From contig OZ024757.1 of NCBI GenBank assembly GCA_964016885.1, positions 18,104,001 to 18,168,000 of the forward strand: a stretch of 64,000 nt of DNA, written 5' to 3'. Under the pieces are notes generated by a model. The model did no database searches. It saw nothing but the letters and a program-made list of their open reading frames with translations, and was not told where the DNA came from. Numbering within the stretch: the first letter of the stretch is position 1; every line of letters begins with the position of its first letter. A program made the position numbers and the translations under genes. This document shows positions 1 through 13,670 of this stretch, one piece after another. This stretch comes from Eledone cirrhosa. Taxonomy: Eukaryota.

Positions 1-440
1 TCTTTATTTGCTCCTTTCTCATTATGACTTCTGCGGGCCAGCATACTTGTAGCCACTGATTTCTGTCCTTCGAGGGAAACTTTACCCAGCGTTGTCATTG
101 ACGGTATGTTTCTGTTTTAATAGCTATGCTTCCGTTGAACTATGTAACTCATCCATCGGAGATGATGAATCCTGTGGATGGCCGTTTCGAATGCTATATA
201 TATAAAGTAGAACACTGGAGGGTTATATCCGTTGTAGTAGAGCACTCAGTCCATTGGATGAGTTTGGCAGAAGTATTTCTACAACAGTTATTTCACCATT
301 TCCGAGAACAATTGTTTCACACTATTCGGATCATCAGCTTGGTTTAAATGGGAGTGTGCGGGAAGAGAAAGGCAATGGTACGAATATTCTTGTGCTGAAA
401 CAGACTCTTCGCAAAGGAAAGGTAACTCACTTTGGATAGG
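1..440 (-). pseudogene. Highly decayed LINE (RTE-like) reverse transcriptase fragment
   Basis: Minus-strand frames give NIRTIAFLFPHTPI*TKLMIRIV and GYNPPVFYFIYIAFETAIHRIHH, weakly resembling the NYRPISLL and FIDFEKAFDSIHH RT motifs; stops and frameshifts present. Confidence 0.3.
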
Positions 441-519
441 TGGGGGGAGACAACTGTGGATACTCAAAATAAAAATAGATTATTCATGTTATTCAGTCCA
501 GAATATTATAGATTTTTCA

Positions 520-1010
520 TGTTAGTCTGTCTGGAGCGTTGTAATTACGTAATAAGTGTTTCCAAACGTGCGGACAACGTGAAAAAAGTTCATTCCTTGA
601 TTTAGGCAAGTGCTATTACGCCATCTGCTCAGGATGGCTTAGGGTTAGGCTTAGAAATAACTTTGTGGCTTATAAATAGATGGCTTAGGCTTATAAATAG
701 ATGGCTTAGGCTTAGAAATAACTTGGTGGCTCGCGAGATTCGTGGACTGTCGTTTACCGGGTATCTGTATTTCGACAGATGATTCAAGAATATTTCTGTC
801 AACCGGCCTCCGCCATACCTACATACGATTTTACCTCTTGTTGTTGATTTGGTCGGTTAGAAGTGACCATAGCTACGTAAATTACAGCGGGCGTGTTACA
901 TTGTTGTGGAAGGGGACAAGCTCCAGGTCTTCGGCAAGAGCATCCTGGTGGGGGTTCTGCTTTTAGAGTTGTTGGTGATGTGGGTCTTCTTGTTCTTAGC
1001 ACAGGAGTAT
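520..1010 (-). mobile_element. Penelope-like element C-terminal GIY-YIG endonuclease remnant
   Basis: GCSCRRPGACPLPQQCNTPAVIYVAMVTS...KSYVGMAE (ORF 799-1002), then FSRCPHVWKHLL further along the minus strand; homologous to 40440-41160. Confidence 0.75.
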
Positions 1011-1024
1011 CCTAGATTCACCCT

Positions 1025-1051
1025 GTGTATATATATCTATATCTATGTGTG

Positions 1052-1097
<46 letters not shown>

Positions 1098-1166
1098 TAG
1101 ACACAGACACACACATATACATACATACTTATACACACATACACATAGACACTTATATGTATACAC

Positions 1167-1208
<42 letters not shown>

Positions 1209-1438
1209 ATAGAGACATATACACATACATATACATACATACTTATACACACACACACACACACACACACATACACACTTATATGTATACACATATATAT
1301 ATATAAATATATATATATTTATATATACACATATACACATACATATATATATTTATATATACACACATATATATATATATATATATTTATATACGTATAT
1401 ATTTTTATATATATTTATACATATATGTATACATATAG

Positions 1439-1498
<60 letters not shown>

Positions 1499-1610
1499 TT
1501 ATATATATATAGTTTATTTCTGTATCTGTACAAATGTATTTATCTACATGTGTGTGTGTTTGTATCTTTGTATGAATGTGATGTGTGTGTGCGTGCGTGT
1601 GTGCGCGCCT
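1025..1610. repeat. Compound (TA)n/(CA)n microsatellite
   Basis: Directly visible dinucleotide runs. Confidence 0.95.
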
Positions 1611-2047
1611 CTTGAGAATTTGGTAAAAGTCATTGGTTCCTGAGAGACATATATTCACATATCTCCTATCTCTCATTATTTCTGCTGCTGGTCATGTTGT
1701 TATTGTTGTTGTTGTTGTCTAAGTGGGTGCGCATGTGTGTGTATATATGTATCCACGGTGTTTATACAACCCATCTCCATCTTCTAACAGCTCCTACATC
1801 CTACGTATGGGAACTACGTATGACCAATAAACAATGGATTATATCTACTAATGCCTACTCCACATTAATATGCATGAAATGTTTCTAATCCCTTGTTTTT
1901 AAACAATTCATTAGAAGATTACATCCCTACGTCACAGTTTTTCCCTTCTATATTTTCCCTGACTTTTTATGTTTTCTCCGTGTCCTATTATTTATGTTTG
2001 TCTATCATTTCATACGGTAAAGGATTGGTAGGCAGCAAGACATATAA

Positions 2048-2580
2048 TAATAATTGTTTCTACTTTTGGCACAAGGCCAGCAATTACCCAGTACATTACT
2101 GGTACTTTATTCTATCGACCCCGTAAGGATGAAAGTCAAAGTCAACCTCGGCGGGATTTGAACTCAGATCGTAAAGGGACGTAACTCTATGCTGTTACGC
2201 CGATGTTGTTTAAGCCAACTATAACTATCCAGGTCACAGCTAATCTAATAATTGTTTCTACTTTTTGGCACAAGGCCAGCAATTATCCCAGTGTATTACT
2301 GGTACTTTATTTTATCGGCCCCGTAAGGATGAAAGGCAAAGTTAACCTCGGCGAGATTTGAACTCAGAATGGCAAGGGAAGTAACTCTTTGCTTGTTTCT
2401 ACTTTTGGCACAAGGCCAGCAATTATTCCAGTGTATTACTGGTACTTTATTTCATCGACCCCGTAACGATGAAAGGCAAAGTTAACCTCGGCGGGATTTG
2501 AACTCAGACCATAAGGGGCCGTAACTCTGTGCTGCAAAGCAAGGCGTCCGACCCTCTACCGATACTGCCAATCCACCGCC
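2048..2580 (-). mobile_element. Three tandem copies of tRNA-derived SINE family A (two 5'-truncated, one full length at about 2393-2580)
   Basis: Minus strand: GGCGGTGGATTGGCAGTATCGG (A box), GAGTTCAAATCCC (B box), central GCCGAGGTTAACTTTGCCTTTCATC..GGGGTCGAT..GTACCAGT, 3' end GTAGAAACAATT. Confidence 0.85.
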
Positions 2581-2582
2581 TG

Positions 2583-2619
<37 letters not shown>

Positions 2620-2970
2620 TTTCATTTATTAGCCTCAAGGACCGACATATAGGGGACAATATAAAGACAGGGACAGTGGGGGGTTTACAATAAGGTCGAG
2701 TAAAAGTGCACAATGGCAAGACTAATTTAACAATGAAGATATAAAAATATAAAATAAACTATGCATAAATATAACAAAATAAATTCCCCTATAGGGGGTG
2801 GACGACTCAGGGGTGACTCAGGTACCCCACTAATCCTGAACCACCCTGCGCTTCTAGGGCACCCAGGGAGAGCACCCCTCTCCTCAAGTTAGCTAACCTA
2901 TAGGCGCATGTTTAGAGTAGGCCCATTCACACGGGCCATTCTCGCCACATTCATCCACCTTTTAGCAAAT
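2583..2970 (-). mobile_element. 3' end of a non-LTR retrotransposon (Tx1/L1-like) with ATT-repeat tail
   Basis: ORF end FAKRWMNVARMARVNGPTLNMRL*, a 3' UTR with AATAAA, then an (ATT)n tail; clade is inferred. Confidence 0.5.
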
Positions 2971-3024
2971 GTAAATAATAATGATAATATTGGTGTCTTT
3001 CAATTTATAGTCTTTTCCTATATT

Positions 3025-3480
3025 ATCACCCCGCCATCACCACCGTCAACGTCACCATCTACACTGTCAACATCATCACCACCTCCACCATCAACATCAC
3101 CACCACCTCCGCCCTCAACATCACCACTACCTCCGCCCTCAACATCACCACCTCCACCACCGAAATTACCGCCATCTACACCGTCAACATCACCACCATC
3201 TCCACCATCACCACCACTACCAACATCACCGCCATCTCAATCACCATCACGACCACCACCGTCAACATCACCGCCATCACCACCAACATCACCACCATCT
3301 CCAACATCTACACCACCATCTCCAACATCTACACCACCTTCACCACCATCTACACCTCCAACATCACCACCGCCATCTCCACCACCACCACCATCTCCAC
3401 CACCAACATCTCCATCACCATCTCTACCACCATCTACATCACCACCTTCTACACAGTCAACATCGCCCACTCTCGCCATA
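3025..3480. repeat. Degenerate (CAC/CAT/CAA) trinucleotide low-complexity tract
   Basis: Directly visible; explains the Pro/Ser/Thr ORF. Confidence 0.9.
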
Positions 3481-3693
3481 ACAGATTATTATAATCAACC
3501 ATGGGAATTGTTCAGCAATGTAGAAATATGCAATTAAGCTTATTTATTTATATATTTATTTAGTTTTATTGGACTTATTATTACCATTGTTGTTTTTGTT
3601 GTTAGTACTATGCTTTTTGATCTTGTTAATAACATCCTTAATATGTTAACGTATTAATGTTTAATAATGCTATTTTCATATTAATGTTTTATT

Positions 3694-3727
<34 letters not shown>

Positions 3728-4264
3728 TATTATTATTATATATCCCTGGATTGATTTCTGGATTAAGGATTGTGTTGTATTCTTGTGAAAAATACCTCAT
3801 TTCACGTTGTTCCTGCGAATAGAGTTTCCATTTGTCTTTTCCCCAGTGACACTATTTCCTTGGTCTGATCCGATGATCAAAGATTGTTTCCTTGGACTGA
3901 TCTGATGATCAGCTCCTTTCTTCTGCCAGGAGTTATGATTGACAGACAGTATCAACAATGGAAAGACCAATGGAAACATTGCTTCTCTAGTCTGATCTGA
4001 TGATCAGCTCCTTTCTTATACCATGATATACAATAGCCCGAGAGTATCAGTAATGAAAGGACCAATGGAAACATTGTCTCACCGCTCCGATCTTCGAAGA
4101 GATCCTTTCCTTTTTTTTTTTTTTCATAATTTTTATCATTCCTTAACGAGACCACAGGAAACCCCGACACAGCTCCTGAATTTATTAGAAATACCAGCAA
4201 AAAAAAAACTTTCAAAATTCCACTGTATTCTATATATATTTTTAGTCAGAATTTTATTTAATAC

Positions 4265-5745
4265 TATAGATATATATTTAATAAGTACCTTATTTAATGC
4301 CATAGATATATCATTAGTGCGTACCTCATTTAATGTCATAGATATATTTTACTAAGTACCTCATTTAATGTCAGATATATTGTGTACCCTATTTATGTAC
4401 CAAATATATATTGTAGTGTGTACCTTATTACATTAGATATATTGTAGTGTGTACTTTATTTAATGTCATAGATATATTGTAGTGTGTACCTCATTTAATA
4501 CCATAGATATATTGTAGTGTGTACCTTATTACATTAGATATATTGTAGTGTGTACCTCATTTAATACCATAGATATATTGTAGTGTGTACCTCATATAAT
4601 GCCATAGATATATTGTAGTAAGTACCTCATTTAATACAATATCAGGGAAAAAGCGGACGTAAAATGATGAAGATGATGAAGATGATGATATTGTAGTGTG
4701 TACCTTATTTAATTTCATAGATATATTGTAGTATGTACTTCATTTAATACCATAGATATATTGTAGTAAGTACCTCATTTAATACCATAGATATATTGTA
4801 GTGTGTACCTTATTTAATTTCATAGATATATTGTAGTATGTACCTCATTTAATACCATAGATATATTGTAGTGTGTACCTCCTATAATGCCATAGATATA
4901 TTGTAGTAAGTACCTCATTTAATACCATATCAGGGAAAAAGCGGACGTAAAATGATGAAGATGATGAAGATGATGATATTGTAGTGAGTACCTTATTTAA
5001 TTTCATAGATATATTGTAGTATGTACTTCATTTAATACCATAGATATATTGTAGTAAGTACCTCATTTAATACCATAGATATATTGTAGTGTGTACCTTA
5101 TTTAATTTCATAGATATATTGTAGTATGTACCTCATTTAATACCATAGATATATTGTAGTGTGTACCTCATATAATGCCATAGATATATTGTAGTAAGTA
5201 CCTCATTTAATACCATATCAGGGAAAAAGCGGACGTAAAATGATGAAGATGATGAAGATGATGATATTGTAGTGAGTACCTTATTTAATTTCATAGATAT
5301 ATTGTAGTATGTACTTCATTTAATACCATAGATATATTGTAGTAAGTACCTCATTTAATACCATAGATATATTGTAGTGTGTACCTTATTTAATTTCATA
5401 GATATATTGTAGTATGTACCTCATTTAATACCATAGATATATTGTAGTGTGTACCTCATATAATGTCATAGATATATTGTTGTAAGTACCTCATTTAATA
5501 CCATGTCAGGGAAAAGCGGACGTAAAATGATGATGATGAAGATGATATTGTAGTGAGTACCTTATTTAATTTCATAGATATATTGTAGTAAGTACCTCAT
5601 TTAATACCATAGATATATTGTAGTAAGTACCTCATTTAATACCATAGATATATTGTAGTGTGTACCTCATATAATGTCATATATATATTGTAGTAAGTAC
5701 CTCATTTAATGCCATAGATATATTGCAGTGAGTACCTTATTTAAT
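4265..5745. repeat. 35-bp minisatellite with a 288-bp higher-order repeat
   Basis: Unit TAGATATATTGTAGTGTGTACCTCATTTAATACCA; insert CAGGGAAAA(A)GCGGACGTAAAATGATG.. at 4643, 4931, 5219 and 5507. Confidence 0.95.
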
Positions 5746-6144
5746 GTTGTAGATACATTTTGAATAAACAATATTTATTACACACAGAATTATATAATGA
5801 TATATACACAATTAAAAAGTAAATCGTCCAAACTTGATGGTAGTTAATGAAAACACAAAAAGTAAAACAACGAAAGAGAGGAAAAGGTGGAAAGGAGTAA
5901 GTATTGTTAAAGAAAGAAATGGATGAAGGTGACAGAATCAACAGCTAAGTCAGAGTAGTGTTTCGGCTGCACCCCACCAACATCAGGGCCATGTCATTGC
6001 TGCTATGTCTGGAATATGTAACATTGTACATGTGTTTAAGATGAGAGGCTACAATTGAACTCAGAACGTAAATAATTGCAAGATGGGGCCACGAGGCATT
6101 TTGTCCGTCACATTAGCTATTGTACGAATTTATTGCCGCTTTTC

Positions 6145-6605
6145 TACCGCCACCACCGCTACCACCGCCCTGGCCTTCAGCAGCAGCAGCACCACCACCA
6201 CCACCATGGTCTCCTCCCCCTACACCACCGCCGCCGCCACTACTACCACCACCACCCCTCCACCTCCACCACCAACTTCATCTCCACCAGCAACCACCGC
6301 CACGGTCTCCGCGACCACATTCTACATGGCCTCCACCACCACCGTCTTCCACCATCAACGCTGCCACCACCACCACCACCACCACTACCAACGCCACCTC
6401 CACCGCCACGGCCTCCCTCTACACCACCGCCGCCTCCACCACCACCGCCGCCGCCACCACTACTACCACCACCACCACCTCCGACACCATCTCCACCAGC
6501 AACCACCGCCACGGCCTCCACGACTACATTCTATCCCAACCCCCGCGCCCACGGCCTCCACCACCACCACGTCTTCCACCATCACCCCCCCCCCCCACCG
6601 CCGCC
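6145..6605. repeat. Degenerate (CCA)n tract
   Basis: Directly visible. Confidence 0.9.
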
Positions 6606-6924
6606 CAATAATAACGATAATGAACAAATAAATTGTTATTTTTATTTCCATCCAGTAAAACAATTTGTGATGTAAATGATTGCAGTCGTTATTAAATAAT
6701 TCAGTTTGATATACTGCAATGACTGGCATTCCAGCTGAGTATTGCCATAGATCGATATTATTTTGTTCAATTAGAGAAATTATTCCATTATTTTTGTAGG
6801 ATGGTTGTTTAAAAGATATGATGAAAAGTTGTTGCCAATTATATCAACTAAAATCTCACAACTTCCAGATTAGATTATCTCGTACAGTCTCTTAGCTGAC
6901 ACAGCCATATTTAGAGGAGAGAGA

Positions 6925-7283
6925 AACACACACAGACACACACACACACACAGATACGCACACACACACACACACAGACACACACACACACAGACACACA
7001 CACATACACACAGACACACACACAGACATACACAGACACATATACACACAGACACACACACAGACACGAACAGACACACACACACACATACACACAGACA
7101 TAGACAGACAGACACACAGACACACATAGACACAGACACACACACAGACACGAACAGACACACACACACACATACACACAGACATAGACAGACATAGACA
7201 CACACAGACACAGACACACACACAGACACACACAGACATACACACACAGACACACAGACACACAGACACACATACACACACCG

Positions 7284-7320
<37 letters not shown>

Positions 7321-7529
7321 CAGGCACAGGCAGAAACACGATCACACACACACGTACACACACACAGACACACATATATATATATATACAAGCATAAACA
7401 GAAACACGATGACACACACACAGATACACACACACATATATGCACAGGCAGAAACACGATCACACACATACACACACACACATATATATATAAACAGGCA
7501 CAGGCAGAAACACAATCACACACACACAT

Positions 7530-7564
<35 letters not shown>

Positions 7565-7698
7565 CAGGCACAGGCAGAAACACGATCATACACACACACA
7601 TACACACAGACACATATATATACAGGCACAAACACGATCACACACATACACACACACTCCACATATATGTGTATATGTACATGTACGAGTGTTTATGC

Positions 7699-7746
<48 letters not shown>

Positions 7747-9830
7747 TTGTAAGTGCGTGTGTGTGTACGTATATATATACATGTATATATATATATATAT
7801 ATGCGTGTGTGTGTGTATATGTGTATGTAACCAGTAGTATGTATATGTGTGTGTGTGTGTATATGCGTATGTAAACAGTAGTATATATATATGTGTGTAT
7901 ATATGTATGTAACCAGTAGTATATATATATGTGTATATATATATATGTGTGTATATATGTATGTAACCGGTAGTATATATGTGTATATATATGTATGTAA
8001 CCGGTAGTATATATGTGTGTATATATGTATGTAAACAAAAGTATATATGTGTGTATATGTATGTAAACAGAAGTATATATATGTATATATGTATGTATAC
8101 AGTAGTATATATATATGTGTATATATGTATGTAACCAGTAGTATATATATATGTGTGTATATATGTATGTAAACAAAAGTATATATGTGTGTATATATGT
8201 ATGTAAACAGAAGTATATATATGTATATATGTATGTATACAGTAGTATATATATATGTGTATATATGTATGTAACCAGTAGTATATATATATATGTGTGT
8301 ATATATGTATGTAATCAGTAGTATATATGTGTATATATGCATGTAATCAGAAGTATATATATATATATATGTGTGTATATATGTATGTAAACAGAAGTAT
8401 ATATGTGTGTATATATGTATGTAGTCAGTAGTATTTATGTGTGTATATATGTATGTAAACAAAAGTATATATGTGTGTATATATGTATGTAAACAGAAGT
8501 ATATATATGTATATATGTATGTATACAGTAGTATATATATATGTGTATATATGTATGTAACCAGTAGTATATATATATATGTGTGTATATATGTATGCAA
8601 TCAGTAGTATATATGTATGCAATCAGTAGTATATATGTGTATATATGTATGTAAACAGAAGTATATAAATATATATATATGTGTGTATATATGTATGTAA
8701 CCAGTAGTATATATGTGTGTATATATATATGTAGCCAGTAGTATATATGTGTGTATATATGTATGTAGCCAGTAGTATATATGTGTGTATATATGTATGT
8801 AAACAGAAGTATATATGTGTGTATATATGTATGTAACCGGTAGTATATATGTGTGTATATATGTATGTAAACAAAAGTATATATGTGTGTATATATGTAT
8901 GTAAACAGAAGTATATATATATGTGTATATATGTATGTAACCAGAAGTATATATATATATATGTGTGTGTATATATGTATGTAACCAGTAGTATATATGT
9001 GTGTATATATGTATGTAGTCAGTAGTATATGTGTGTATATATGTATGTAGCCAGTAGTATATATGTGTGTATATATGTATGTAGTCAGTAGTATATATGG
9101 GTGTATATATGTATGTAGCCAGTAGTATATATATGTGTGTATATATGTATGTAAACAGAAATATATATGTGTGTATATATGTATGTAACCAGTAGTATAT
9201 ATGTGTGTGTATATGTATGTAGTCAGTAGTATATATGTGTGTATATATGTATGTAAACAGAAGTATATATGTGTGTATATATGTATGTTGCCAGTAGTAT
9301 ATATATGTGTGTATATATGTATGTAAACAGAAGTATATATGTGTGTATATATGTATGTAAACAGAAGTATATATATGTATATATGTATGTAAACAGAAGT
9401 ATATATGTGTGTATATATGTATGTAAACAGAAGTATATATGTGTGTATATATGTATGTAGTCAGTAGTATATATGTGTGTATATATGTATGTAGTCAGTA
9501 GTATATATGTGTGTATATATGTATGTAACCAGTAGTATATATGTGTGTATATATGTATGTAGCCAGTAGTATATATATGTGTGTATATATGTATGTAAAC
9601 AGAAGTATATATGTGTGTGTATATATGTATGTAGTCAGTAGTATATATGTGTGTGTATATGTGTATGTAAACAGAAGTATATATGTGTGTATATATGTAT
9701 GTAGTCAGTAGTATATATATGTGTGTATATATGTATGTAACCAGTAGTATATATGTGTGTATATATGTATGTAGTCAGTAGTATATATATGTGTGTATAT
9801 ATGTATGTAAACAGAAGTATATATGTGTAA
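6925..9830. repeat. Compound CA/GACA microsatellite followed by a roughly 35-bp TA/TG-derived satellite (..ATGTATGTAACCAGTAGTATAT.. / ..AAACAGAAGTAT..)
   Basis: Directly visible periodic marker words. Confidence 0.9.
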
Positions 9831-9964
9831 AATAACCAACACTGTCCAGTTATCAGCAACTGTCGGAAGTAAAACAAAACAATAAAATATATTGATTCCA
9901 TGTAGGATATCGATTAAAGATAGATTAGATAGTAAATATTGAAATATAATAACCACTGTATTAA

Positions 9965-11915
9965 TACTACTGCGACTACTACTACTACCACTACTGCTAC
10001 TACTGATGACGTTACTACTACCACCTCCATACCGACCTCACCACCCCCACGACATACTACCACCGCCACCACCACCATACCACCCCCACCACCACCACCG
10101 CCATACCACCACCACCACCCCCATACCTTCACCGCCACCATACCACCACCACCACTACCATACCACCACCATACCACCACCATACCGCCTTCACCACCAT
10201 ACCGCCTCCACCACCATACCACCACTACCATACCATCACCATACCCCGCCATACCACCACCATACCACCACCACCACCACACCGCCACCATGTACACAAG
10301 GAAAATATTTAATCTTCGAATTTCGTTTTGCTTACGAAATGTAATTAATAAAGAATAACTTTAATATTAAACACTGTAATATCAGATTGATGGTGTTGTT
10401 GTTGTTGTTATTGTTGCTATTATAGTGTTGATGTTGTTATAGTGTTGTTGTTAGTTGTTATTGTTATAATGTTGCTGTTATTATATTGTTGTTGCTGTTG
10501 TTATTGTTGCTATTATAGTGTTGATGTTATAGTGTTGTTGTTGTTAGTTATTGTTATATTGTTGCTGTTATTATATTGTTGTTGCTGTTGTTATTGTTGT
10601 TGTTATTGTTGCTATTATAGTGTTGTTGTTGTTAGTTGTTATTGTTATATTGTTGCTGTTATTATATTGTTGTTATTATTGTTGCTATTATAGTGTTGAT
10701 GATGTTATAGTGTTGTTGTTGTTAGTTGTTATTGTTATATTGTTGCTGTTATTATATTGTTGTTGTATTGTTGTTGCTGTTGTTATTGTTGTTGTTGTCA
10801 TATTGTTGTTATAGTGTTGATGTTATTGTTGTTGCTGTTATTATTGTTATATTGTTGTTGTACTGTTGTTGCTGTCATATTGTTGTTATAGTGTTGTTGT
10901 TATTGTTGTTGTATTGCTGTTGCTGTTATTATCGTAATTACATTGTTGTTGTTGTTGTTATTGTTGTTGGTATTATTATAGTGTTGTTGTATTGCTGTTA
11001 TTGTGTGTTGTATAGTTATTACTATAATTACATTACTATTGTTGCTTTCCTATCGTTGTTATATTGTTGTTGTTGTTGTTGTCATTGTTGCCATTGCTGT
11101 TGTTGTTGTTGCTGTCATTGTTGTTGTTGTTGCTATTATTGTTGATGTTGCTGTTGCCATTATTGTTGTTGCTGTTGTTATTGTTGCTATTATTGCTGCT
11201 GCCATTATTGATGTTGCTGTTGCCATACTTGTTGTTGCTGTTGTTGTTGTTGTCATTATTGTTGTTGATGTTATTATTGTTGCTATTATTGTTGCTGCTA
11301 TTATTGTTGCTGCTATTACTGATGTTGCTGTTGCCATTATTGTTGTTGCTGTTGCTGTTGCTGTTGCCGGTGTTGTTGTTGTTGTTGTTGTTCTGTTAAT
11401 ATATTTTCTTTATGACTATTATCCATATTCATTTCATTTTTATCACGAATCTTTATCAGTGCTTGATTTTCTATTGTGTATCATACATTGTATATTGTCA
11501 ATGGTGCTACGTTGTTGTTGTTGTTACTGTTGTTGTTGTTGTTACTGATGCTGCTGGTACTATTGTTGTTACTGATGCTGCTGTTGTTATTGTTGTGTTT
11601 ACTGTTGTTGTTGTTGTTACTGCTGTTGCTGGTACTGTTACTGTTGTTGTTACTGTTGTTGTTACTGATGCTGTTGATACTGTTATTTTTGTGGTTGTTG
11701 CTACTGTTGTTGTTACTGTTGCGCTTGTACATATAGCTGTTGTTGCTACTGTTGCTGTTGTTGTTGTTGTCAGACGTGTCGTTGTTGACGTTGGTATTGT
11801 TAATATTGTTGTTATTGTTCCTGTTGTTATTTGTTGCTTTTGGTCATATTATTGTTGGTGCTGCAATTGTTGTTGTTGTTATTGTTGCTGCTGTTGTTGT
11901 TGTTGTTACATGTAA
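9965..11915. repeat. (CCA/CCATA)n tract followed by long degenerate (GTT/GCT/ATT)n tracts
   Basis: Directly visible. Confidence 0.9.
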
Positions 11916-12027
11916 TTTTTTTCTATTCTATTTTTTCTTAATGGTGGAGTAATTGTATTTCTTGTTATTGTAGTAGTAGTAGCAGCAGCAGCAGTATTAG
12001 TAGTAGTAATAGTAGAAGTAGTAGTGG

Positions 12028-12061
<34 letters not shown>

Positions 12062-12076
12062 CCACATGCATACACT

Positions 12077-12139
<63 letters not shown>

Positions 12140-12224
12140 GAAAATTTGAACAGGAACAAAACAGAGAGGCAGTACAACGAATGTTTATTAATTTCACGCT
12201 CTGGAGAGTGGGGTGGTGGTGGGG

Positions 12225-12260
12225 AACGACGTTTCGGGCATAAGCCCTTCCTCAGGTGAG
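12225..12260 (-). ncRNA. Minimal hammerhead ribozyme core (PLE-type)
   Basis: Minus strand CTGAGGA-A-GGGC-TTAT-GCCC-GAAAC-GTC with palindromic ACGT stem III; stem I weak; followed by AATAAA and then (TA)n. Confidence 0.6.
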
Positions 12261-13071
12261 AAGTGTGTGGGAAGAGAGTTCATATCGCGAGGGGAGTGGT
12301 GGAGAGACATATCGCGAAAAGGGGGTGGGAGGAAACGGTGCGAATGAAAATATATATATATATAATTCGGTTTTGAATTTAGGAACGTAGTACATCGCAT
12401 AAGATGTACTGGAGTACAGTGTAAGAATAAGAACACAACACGCGTAGGTAAGAGGGCCCGTAGTATAGGAGAAATGATAAGTGAACACTGGCGAGAACTC
12501 CAGGATGGGAAAAGCTCATCAGTACTCCACTAACATGCCAAAATAAAACATAGAGGTTCATTAGAGAACATAGAGATAAAAATCATATCCACACACAGAA
12601 CAGATGCAATGCTCAGACAAATCACAGAGGCAACAAATATAAAGGAAATCCAACCAAAATTAAACAGAAAACATGAGTGGAATAGCAACATCACAACTAG
12701 TAATTAAGGACAAAATGAAGATATACAGACACACACAAAAACCAAACTAACAAAACAAACCAGACACTCACAGACACAACAAACTAGTGACAAGTAAATA
12801 AACACATAAATAAATAGATAAATAAATAGATAAATAAACACACACACGGATGTAAAGCATGCGCAGACTAAGCACACAACACACACAAACAAGATGGTGT
12901 AGGACAGAACCATGGAGAGCGATAACTTTTTGTTTTATATATATATATATTTATATATACCTATATATATATAAACACATCTACATACATGCACTCATAT
13001 CCATATATATATATATATACTCACACACACACATATATATATATATCTATGTATGTATATATATACGGAAG

Positions 13072-13240
13072 AAGTTTTCCTTCATCAGTTGTCTGCTGGG
13101 GTCTCGGATGTTTCTACGCATTAAAGACAAGATACCTCGCCGCATGTGTTCACTGGGGGGGGGGGGGGGTAAGATATCTTGTCTTTAATGGGTAGAAATG
13201 TCCAAGACCCCAGCAGACAACTGATGAAGGAAAACTTTCT
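13072..13240. repeat. Inverted repeat with arms of about 65 bp, beside (TA)n
   Basis: AAGTTTTCCTTCATCAGTTGTCTGCTGGGGTCT..AAAGACAAGATA is mirrored by TATCTTGTCTTTAATG..AGACCCCAGCAGACAACTGATGAAGGAAAACTT. Confidence 0.9.
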
Positions 13241-13311
13241 GCCGTTTAGGCTTTCTTATTATTTTTAAGTATTCCTTATCCAGGAACTACACAGCCTCCT
13301 CTCTTCTTCAT

Positions 13312-13344
<33 letters not shown>

Positions 13345-13354
<10 letters not shown>

Positions 13355-13670
13355 AGATCAAAAGATGGTTAAAAGAGTTCCAAGTATATTATTATTGCGC
13401 ATTTCAAAAACAAATATCATCATGAGATGATATCTGCGTTTTCGTCAGATAAAATAGGGATACATGATATGAAGGTTAAAAAACACTTGTGAATACTGAA
13501 GTTTTAAATCAACATATTCACTATTCACAAGTGTTTTTTAACCTTCATATCATGTATCCCTATTTTATCTGATGAAAACGCAGATATCATCTCATGATGA
13601 TATTTGTTTTTGAAATGCGCATAATAAAATACTTGGAACTCTTTTAACCATCTTTTGATCTTATATATTA
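13345..13670. repeat. Inverted repeat with arms of about 150 bp, each carrying a hammerhead module
   Basis: 13345-13495 is the reverse complement of about 13522-13670 with few differences. Confidence 0.92.
13561..13631 (+). ncRNA. Type I hammerhead ribozyme
   Basis: Stem I TATTTTAT/ATAAAATA; CTGATGA; long stem II AAACGCAGATATCATC-TCAT-GATGATATTTGTTTTT; GAAA; palindromic ATGCGCAT; AUA triplet with predicted cut after 13623. Confidence 0.8.

Noticed and set aside
634-725. Telomere-like TTAGGG/TTAGGC words
   Set aside because: Only a few isolated units within a small local duplication in the PLE remnant
3860-4100. Degenerate duplication of about 97 bp containing CTGATGA
   Set aside because: No hammerhead geometry; looks like an ordinary local duplication
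4265-5745. CRISPR-like 35-bp periodicity
   Set aside because: Contiguous tandem units without unique spacers, no cas genes, eukaryotic context
2908-6675. Proline-rich extensin- or formin-like ORFs
   Set aside because: Trinucleotide low-complexity tracts open in multiple frames on both strands; no splice or domain support
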